DNA of 64,000 nt from Rhodospirillaceae bacterium (lineage in GTDB: Bacteria; Pseudomonadota; Alphaproteobacteria; Rhodospirillales; Rhodospirillaceae): the NCBI GenBank assembly GCA_041906145.1, contig JAYRJU010000009.1, forward strand, positions 96,879 through 160,878, read 5' to 3'. Shown piece by piece: positions 57,993 to 64,000 of this stretch. The notes below the pieces were generated by a model. The model did not search any database. It was not told the DNA's origin and was given only the letters and a program-made list of their open reading frames with translations. Made by a program: the position numbers and the translations under genes. Position 1 is the stretch's first letter. The number at the start of each line of letters is the position of its first letter.

Positions 57993-58859
57993 ATGCAAAT
58001 TCGCAGTTACATTGAGCTGATGAAGCTGCGCATCGGCTTTCTCATCGCGGTCAGCGCGATGGCGGGCTATGCGGCAGTAGCGAGCCATGTCGATGCATGG
58101 CAGCTCGTTGTGCTGTTCGTGGCCATGGTGCTCGGTTCGTCGGGCTCGGCCGTCTTCAATCAATACTACGACCGCGACATCGACCGCCTGATGGCGCGCA
58201 CAGCGAACCGTCCGCTCGCGGCCGGTACGATGGCCGACGCGCGCAAGGCGCTGCTGTTCGCCGGTGTGCTGCTCGTGACGGGATGCGTGCTCGCCGCGAT
58301 AGCCTTTAATTGGGTTGTCGCGACCCACCTGTTCCTTGGCGCCTTTGTGTACGGCGTCGTCTACACCGTGTGGCTCAAGCGCCTTCACTGGACCAACATC
58401 ATCATCGGCGGCGCCGCCGGCAGCTTCGCCGTGCTCGCGGGCGCGGCCGCGGTGGATCCAAACATCTGGCTGCTGCCCACACTGATGGCGATCACGCTGT
58501 TCCTGTGGACCCCCTCGCACTTCTGGTCGCTCGCCATCCTCATCAAGGACGACTACGCGAAAGCCGGCGTTCCGATGCTGCCCGTCATCGCGGGTGACGC
58601 GACCTGCGCCAAATGGATCTTCGGCAACACCGTTCTGCTCGTCATCTCGGCCATGCTGCCGGTGGCGTTCGGTGAACTCGGCCTGCTGTACGGCGTGATC
58701 TCCACGGCGTTCGGTGCGCGCTTCCTGTTCCTTAACGTGAAGCTGATGAAGGACTCGAGCCGCGATCTCGCGCGCCGGAATTTCCTATTCTCCATGCAGT
58801 ACCTGGCAGGCGTGTTCCTCGCCGTGGTCGTGGACAAGCACGTCCCACTACCCTTCTAG
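57993..58859 (+). CDS. ctaB: protoheme IX farnesyltransferase (heme O synthase)
   Basis: UbiA-family motifs NQYYDRDIDRLMARTANRPL and YTVWLKR, with nine TM helices. Confidence 0.95.
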   Translation: MQIRSYIELMKLRIGFLIAVSAMAGYAAVASHVDAWQLVVLFVAMVLGSSGSAVFNQYYDRDIDRLMARTANRPLAAGTMADARKALLFAGVLLVTGCVLAAIAFNWVVATHLFLGAFVYGVVYTVWLKRLHWTNIIIGGAAGSFAVLAGAAAVDPNIWLLPTLMAITLFLWTPSHFWSLAILIKDDYAKAGVPMLPVIAGDATCAKWIFGNTVLLVISAMLPVAFGELGLLYGVISTAFGARFLFLNVKLMKDSSRDLARRNFLFSMQYLAGVFLAVVVDKHVPLPF

Positions 58860-59020
58860 CGCGCCGGAGCTGCCCGAGGAGCGAAGACGGGTGCCGTTCT
58901 AAAAAACGGTTGTCATTGCCCGCATAGCGACGCGAGTGCGGGACTCCATCTTTCAAAATTGCTTGCTTCACGATGGATTACCCGGATGCGGACCCGTGGA
59001 CGCGGGGGATGGCGGGAGGC

Positions 59021-59668
59021 CTAGTGATGCGGAACTGCGATGATGTAGGCGAGATTTTGCCCGCCCGCGCCGCGATCAAAGACGAAGGGCAGCGTGGGAT
59101 TTGTTTTCGCCGCTTCGGCTGTGTATCCGAGGTCGGCGCTGGTCACGCCCGGTGCGTAAAACATCATGTGGCCTGGGAAGGCGGTGGCCGTGATTTTGCC
59201 TGACGCGTCGAGCCTGATGTCGCCCGCTGTCATATAGGCGACACCGCTTTTCGCGGGACGCTTGAAGCGTCCATCCTTGAAGCCGCCATCGATGTCGGCG
59301 CGGATTTCGTCGGTGCTCTTACCGGCGGCGAGAAGTTCGCCCACGCGTAACATCGCCGGCACGTAGCTGCTCTGGCCTTCAGCGTCCCAGCAGGTCGGCT
59401 TGAAATTCTCAACGCCGTAGAAGAACCCGTCGCGATTGACGAAGCATGTAAAACCATTCGTGCCGTCCTTCGCCTTCTCATAACCCTTGGCGCCATAGAC
59501 ATAGACGGCTGCGCCGTCGCGCAGATGCGCGGGGCCCCCTGAAAGGGCGAGCGCGATTTCGACGTCGCGCGGAAAGGCGACATTCAGAGTCTTGCGCGTG
59601 TCGGCCATATCGGCGGCTTGGGCCGTCAGAGGCAGCAGCGCCGCGAGCGCAACCGTTTTAATCTTCAT
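59021..59668 (-). CDS. hypothetical secreted protein
   Basis: Signal peptide MKIKTVALAALLPLTAQA, two Cys (TCFVN, PTCWD), and AAGGGG upstream of ATG 59668. No family recognised. Confidence 0.6.
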   Translation of the reverse strand: MKIKTVALAALLPLTAQAADMADTRKTLNVAFPRDVEIALALSGGPAHLRDGAAVYVYGAKGYEKAKDGTNGFTCFVNRDGFFYGVENFKPTCWDAEGQSSYVPAMLRVGELLAAGKSTDEIRADIDGGFKDGRFKRPAKSGVAYMTAGDIRLDASGKITATAFPGHMMFYAPGVTSADLGYTAEAAKTNPTLPFVFDRGAGGQNLAYIIAVPHH

Positions 59669-59677
59669 AAGCACCCC

Positions 59678-60073
59678 TTACATCAAATCAACGGCGTGTT
59701 TTTTGAGGTCGGCGAGCTCGCAGTGTTCGAGTGCGCCCTCGTGGGTGGCTGTCAATACGACCTTTGGCGCCTGGCCCGCGGCGAACGCCTGCTGCCAGCG
59801 TGGGGCGCACAGGCACCAGCGATCGCCCGGATTGAGGCCGGGGAAGGCATACTCTGGAATCGGCGTAGAGAGGTCGTTGCCCGATCGTTTGCTGTAGGCG
59901 AGGAACTCGGCGGTCATGACCACACACACGGTGTGCGAACCAATATCGCTGGGGCCTGTATTGCAGCAACCGTCGCGGAAGAAGCCTGTGACGGGCTTGG
60001 CCGAGCACATCTGCAGGGCACCGCCGAGGACATTGCGCGCGGGACGCTGCTGTTCGCTCATATCACGCGGCAT
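59678..60073 (-). CDS. DUF2237 protein
   Basis: GFFRDGCCNTGPSDIGSHTVC and GDRWCLCAPRW, the Cys-rich motifs I recall for DUF2237. An alternative ATG lies at 60061. Confidence 0.8.
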   Translation of the reverse strand: MPRDMSEQQRPARNVLGGALQMCSAKPVTGFFRDGCCNTGPSDIGSHTVCVVMTAEFLAYSKRSGNDLSTPIPEYAFPGLNPGDRWCLCAPRWQQAFAAGQAPKVVLTATHEGALEHCELADLKKHAVDLM

Positions 60074-60191
60074 GCAAGATCCTTATTCCAGCCGGCTCTG
60101 AATTTAGGCAGCGCACAAAAGTCCTGCAAGCCTTGGCGGGCTGCGCCGCGAAGCCTATGCTTGGGTTCTCACGCGTGTTTGTCAGGTCACT

Positions 60192-62228
60192 ATGTCGGAG
60201 AAAAAGGTAACGGCCCCGGGCGCAGCCCCGGGAGCTGCGGGGACAGCCACCGTGGCGCCGGCCGATGTCGCCCGTATCTGGGCGGTTATGAGCCATGAAA
60301 TCCGTACGCCTTTGATGGGTGTCGTCGGCATGCTCGAAGTGCTTAACCGCACCAGCCTTTCCGACGAACAGCGCCGGATCATTTCGACAGCCGAAGAGTC
60401 ATCGGTCGCGCTCATGCGCATCATCGACGACGTGCTTGATTTCGCCAAACTCGAATCCGCGCAAGTCAAACTCGAGGAATCCATCGCCGATCCGCTCGCT
60501 ATACTGGAAGGCACGGCCGACCTTCTTGCGACGATCGCGGGAACCAAGCGGCTTGTGTTGACTTGCGAGGCTGAAGGCGAGCTGCCGCTTGTGTTGTGCG
60601 ATGCGCTGCGCCTGCGCCAGGTGCTTTTGAACATAGGCGCGAACGCGCTGAAATACACGGACACCGGAACGGTTGCGCTGACGGTGTCACTCATTGACCG
60701 GCGCGATGATGCGGCGATGCTGCGGTTCAGCGTGACCGATACCGGTCAGGGCGTACCGCTTGATTTGCAAGGCTATCTATTCCAGCCGTTCTGGCAGCTC
60801 GCGGGCCGCGAAGCCTCCTTGAGCGGTATGGGCGGGGTCGGACTGGGCCTGGCCATTTGCCGCACGCTGGTGGACGCCATGGGCGGGCAGATCGCGGTGG
60901 ACAGCCGTCCCGGCGAGGGCACACGGTTTGACGTCGACGTGACGTTCAGGATCGCACCGGCCGAAGTCACGCGGCCCCGCCTCGACGATATGGAAGTTGT
61001 CACGGTGGACAGTGCCGATGGGGCGCTCGGCATTGCCGCGCGTTATCTGGAAGGCGCGGGCGCGTCGATCGTGCGCGTCGATACGCTGGGCGCTTTGGCG
61101 CGGCATGTGCCGACAGCGAAGAAACGCATCATCTTGCTGCTTGGCGCGGACGCGGAATCCGAGGATGTCGAAGCGATATCGGCGGCGTTGCAGCGCATGG
61201 GTTCGGACCACTTGTCCTCGATCGTCTGGCTGCACCGTGGGGCGACGGGAAGTTTGCCTGTGCGTTCGGCCGTCTGGCCTGTACGTGCGAACCCGATGCG
61301 GCGCGGCGACCTTTTCGCAGCCGTCACGAAAACCGGCGGCACGCGCGAGGGCGACGGCATGGAGGTTATCGCGCGCTATCAGGAACGCCTGATCGATCCG
61401 AACGCGGCGGTGCAAGCCGCGCGCGCCGACGGCATGGTCATCTTGATTGCCGAGGACAATAAGGTGAACCAGGAAGTCTTGCGCCAGCAACTCGCCATCC
61501 TCGGGTACGACTGCGATATCGCATCGACAGGCCACGCGGCTTTGAAGAAGCTCGGCGAGCGGAGTTATCCGCTTCTACTGTGCGACTGTCACATGCCGGG
61601 AATGGACGGCTTTGAGCTGACGCGCGCCATCCGCACCAACGAGAACGGTCAAGCGCATATGCCGATCGTGGCCGTGACGGCAAATGCGGTACCCGGTGAA
61701 GCGCAGCGCTGCCGCGCGGCGGGCATGGATGACTATCTCGCCAAACCGATCGAAATCAGCGCGCTTCAGGCTAAGCTGAACCGGTGGATTGGCCCTGCGC
61801 AGGCATATCCAACATGGTCGGGGGTTAGCTCAATATCGGCGGCGCAACCGCCCGAGCGGTTGCTTGACTTGCGCGGGCTTTCTGTCGTGTACGGCGGCGA
61901 TCCACAGCGCTTGGCGCCGGTGCTTGAACAATGGTCGAGCGGTATGACCGAGGTGCTACGAGATCTCGAAACAAGTGTGGATGCAAAGGCCTGGGAAGCC
62001 GCGCTGGCCGCAACGCATCGCATTAAGGGCAGCGCGGGCATCGCCGGCGCCGCACGTGTTTCGGCGGCGGCGGCGGCGCTTGAGGTGGCTTTACGCGGTG
62101 GCGATGCTGCTGTCATCGCGAGTGAGCGGGCGCGCGTTCGCGCGTTGATGCAAGCGTCGTTAAAGGAAGCCGCGGATTGGCGCCAAGCGGCGAATGACCC
62201 CGCGCGGGTCACTCAAACGTCTGCGTAA
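60192..62228 (+). CDS. cytoplasmic hybrid histidine kinase: HisKA-HATPase_c, receiver-like domain, REC, Hpt
   Basis: H-box MSHEIRTPL at about residue 33, with no TM helix or sensor domain before it. N/G boxes NIGANALKYT, DTGQGV and GGVGLGLAI. Canonical REC (ILIAEDN...LLLCDCHMPGMDG...AKP). C-terminal Hpt HRIKGSAGIAGA. Confidence 0.88.
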   Translation: MSEKKVTAPGAAPGAAGTATVAPADVARIWAVMSHEIRTPLMGVVGMLEVLNRTSLSDEQRRIISTAEESSVALMRIIDDVLDFAKLESAQVKLEESIADPLAILEGTADLLATIAGTKRLVLTCEAEGELPLVLCDALRLRQVLLNIGANALKYTDTGTVALTVSLIDRRDDAAMLRFSVTDTGQGVPLDLQGYLFQPFWQLAGREASLSGMGGVGLGLAICRTLVDAMGGQIAVDSRPGEGTRFDVDVTFRIAPAEVTRPRLDDMEVVTVDSADGALGIAARYLEGAGASIVRVDTLGALARHVPTAKKRIILLLGADAESEDVEAISAALQRMGSDHLSSIVWLHRGATGSLPVRSAVWPVRANPMRRGDLFAAVTKTGGTREGDGMEVIARYQERLIDPNAAVQAARADGMVILIAEDNKVNQEVLRQQLAILGYDCDIASTGHAALKKLGERSYPLLLCDCHMPGMDGFELTRAIRTNENGQAHMPIVAVTANAVPGEAQRCRAAGMDDYLAKPIEISALQAKLNRWIGPAQAYPTWSGVSSISAAQPPERLLDLRGLSVVYGGDPQRLAPVLEQWSSGMTEVLRDLETSVDAKAWEAALAATHRIKGSAGIAGAARVSAAAAALEVALRGGDAAVIASERARVRALMQASLKEAADWRQAANDPARVTQTSA

Positions 62229-62237
62229 GATGTGCGG

Positions 62238-63008
62238 CTAAGCCGCGGTTTCGGATGCGGCTGCGGCATCGTCCGGCGAAAGGATGTAACCCGATCCCCG
62301 CACTGTCTTGATCATCAGCGGGCGTTTCGGATCGACCTCGATCTTGTGACGAAGGCGCGTGACCAGCACGTCGATGCTGCGGTCCATCGGATCCCATTCG
62401 CGCGACAGCACCTTGTCCATCAGGTCTTCGCGCGTCTGGACCTTGCCAGCGTTGCGGATGAGGTGGGCGAGCAGGCGGGACTCGTTGCCGGTCAGCATCG
62501 CTTCCGCGCCGCTCTTGGAGCGGAACAGGCCGGCGTCCAGGTCGAGAACCCAGCCTTGATAGCTGAGCTTGCCGTGCGGAACTTCACTAAGCGCAGCGTG
62601 CGGCGCGGCCGCGAGAGCGCCGGTGCGGCGCAAGACGCTACGGATGCGCGCGAGAAGTTCGCGTTCCTCGAAAGGCTTGGTGAGATAATCGTCGGCGCCG
62701 CATTCCAGGCCGACGACGCGGTCCATGATCTCGTGGCGCGTGGATAGAATAATGATGCCGAGCGTCTTGTACTGTTCGCGCAGGTAGCGCGTCAGCGCGA
62801 AGCCGTCTTCTCCGGGAAGGCGCAAGTCCATGATGACGAGGTGGATGGGCGTAGCGGCCAGGACCTGGCGCATGTCCATGCCGTCTGTCGCCAAGGTGAC
62901 TTCATATCCTTCGCCGCGCAGGTATATATCTAGGACGTCGCGGACGAAGGGATCGTCCTCGACCACAAGGATACGGGGCGGGGTCTGCGAAACCTTGGAG
63001 TTGTCCAT
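62238..63008 (-). CDS. OmpR/PhoB-family response regulator
   Basis: ILVVEDDP, VIMDLRLPGEDG, TKPF and the winged-helix end TVRGSGYIL. I chose the start at ATG 63008; the maximal ORF extends to 63086. Confidence 0.9.
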   Translation of the reverse strand: MDNSKVSQTPPRILVVEDDPFVRDVLDIYLRGEGYEVTLATDGMDMRQVLAATPIHLVIMDLRLPGEDGFALTRYLREQYKTLGIIILSTRHEIMDRVVGLECGADDYLTKPFEERELLARIRSVLRRTGALAAAPHAALSEVPHGKLSYQGWVLDLDAGLFRSKSGAEAMLTGNESRLLAHLIRNAGKVQTREDLMDKVLSREWDPMDRSIDVLVTRLRHKIEVDPKRPLMIKTVRGSGYILSPDDAAAASETAA

Positions 63009-63154
63009 CCAAAAAACTCGCGTTTTCAATGCGATAAGAGACGCAGATCGGGGATTGAACCGTTCCCCCACGAGTTGAGTATACAACCCAGGATGAAATT
63101 TCCTACCCCTCGTTTGAGCCTTCTAATAATAGCGGCGGGCGCTGGAGACTGCGG

Positions 63155-63868
63155 ATGAACACGCTCTCGGTCATGCTGGTCGATGATGACGCATTCATCC
63201 GCGAGGTGGTAGCCGCGGCGCTCAGCGTCAGGCCGGGCGTGCACGTCCAAAGTTTCGCCTCAGGCGACGACGCGCTCGCGGGCGCGCGTCTCGCGACGCC
63301 GGATATCATCGTGCTCGATTTCACCATGCCTGGGACGGACGGCCTTGCGATCTACCATGATCTGAAAAGCGCATTGGCGGAGATGCCGCCTGTGATTTTT
63401 CTCACCGCCCACGAGGATACCGACCTTGTCGCGCGGTTGCGCGCCGCCGGTGCGGTGGGGGTGCTGGCGAAACCTTTCGATCCCTTGATGATCGCGGGAG
63501 AGATTCTGAAATTCGGTGAACAAGAACGCGCCGGGGCGCCGCGTGATGCGCGCCTTGATGCCGTTGCCGCGAGCTTTCGCGCAAGCCTGCCGCAGACCAT
63601 GGCCGAGATCGACAAGGAGTGGAGCGTGCTGCGCCGCGAATGGCAGGGGACCGTTGCTCAGAGCTTGATCATGAGGACGCATAAATTAGCTGGCGCGGCG
63701 GGGCTCTTTAAACTGCACGAGTTTGGGAGCGCCGCGCGCGCTGTCGAAGTCGCCGCGGTGGCGCAGGTTGACGCGGAGAAGCGCGGCGAGGCGGTCGAGA
63801 TCGGCGTGCTCGCGCAAGCGGTGGCGGCGTTGTGGGAGCGCGCTATCACGGCGATGGACAAGAGGTGA
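63155..63868 (+). CDS. REC-Hpt fusion protein (receiver plus histidine phosphotransfer domain)
   Basis: VMLVDDD, IIVLDFTMPGTDG and LAKPFDP form the receiver. MRTHKLAGAAGLFKL is an Hpt-type HxxKG-like motif. Confidence 0.8.
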   Translation: MNTLSVMLVDDDAFIREVVAAALSVRPGVHVQSFASGDDALAGARLATPDIIVLDFTMPGTDGLAIYHDLKSALAEMPPVIFLTAHEDTDLVARLRAAGAVGVLAKPFDPLMIAGEILKFGEQERAGAPRDARLDAVAASFRASLPQTMAEIDKEWSVLRREWQGTVAQSLIMRTHKLAGAAGLFKLHEFGSAARAVEVAAVAQVDAEKRGEAVEIGVLAQAVAALWERAITAMDKR

Positions 63869-64000
63869 GCTTGGCCCTGCATCGCGCCCTTGGGCACCCA
63901 ATTCTGCGAAGTGCCGTTAGACCCGAGCCCGAGGGTCGGTAATTGCCGAACCGTCCCTTCGGGGGATTCATTATGAAACGCAGTGCGATTTTATGATGGA

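Overview
This is a GC-rich, gene-dense chromosomal window that looks alphaproteobacterial. That guess is inferred from gene content only: hdaA, an EipB/DUF1849-like protein, ELM1-family and PAS_5/DUF1457-like proteins, and an aa3 cytochrome oxidase cluster. Almost all of it is core housekeeping: ndk, purN/purM, ppk-ppx, rnd, aspS, xseB-ispA-dxs-tlyA, sppA, aroC, fabI, pdxH, pyrE, amt and ctaCDGE/ctaB. Small conserved-unknown genes and several signalling genes are mixed in. I saw no rRNA, tRNA, CRISPR array, transposase, integrase or obvious prophage or defence island. Many long ORFs in the six-frame track are antisense or out-of-frame shadows of real genes, as expected in GC-rich DNA.

The ORF track also uses TTG/GTG as M. 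I therefore trimmed several starts to ATG/GTG codons that have a Shine-Dalgarno-like motif or match a paralogue.

Most unusual items:
- An operon divergent from ctaCDGE (about 55.9-58.9 kb) encodes an unlisted 50-aa one-TM peptide, a DUF420 protein, a 12-TM heme-copper-oxidase subunit-I-like protein and ctaB. The oxidase-like protein seems to keep the heme-ligand histidines but not the full CuB/Tyr site.
- A phosphorelay cluster at the right end contains a sensor-less hybrid kinase (HisKA-HATPase, receiver-like domain, REC, Hpt), an OmpR-type regulator and a REC-Hpt protein.
- A 411-aa protein has an apparently degenerate EAL-like C-terminal half and an unknown N-terminal half.
- A secreted protein is predicted to have histidine as its mature N-terminus (His-brace candidate).
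- An intrinsic-terminator-like hairpin lies in the 5' leader of an EF-G paralogue.
- Helically phased GTGTAAC repeats lie upstream of an ompR/envZ-like pair.

All functional calls come from motif and sequence recognition by eye. No searches were run.
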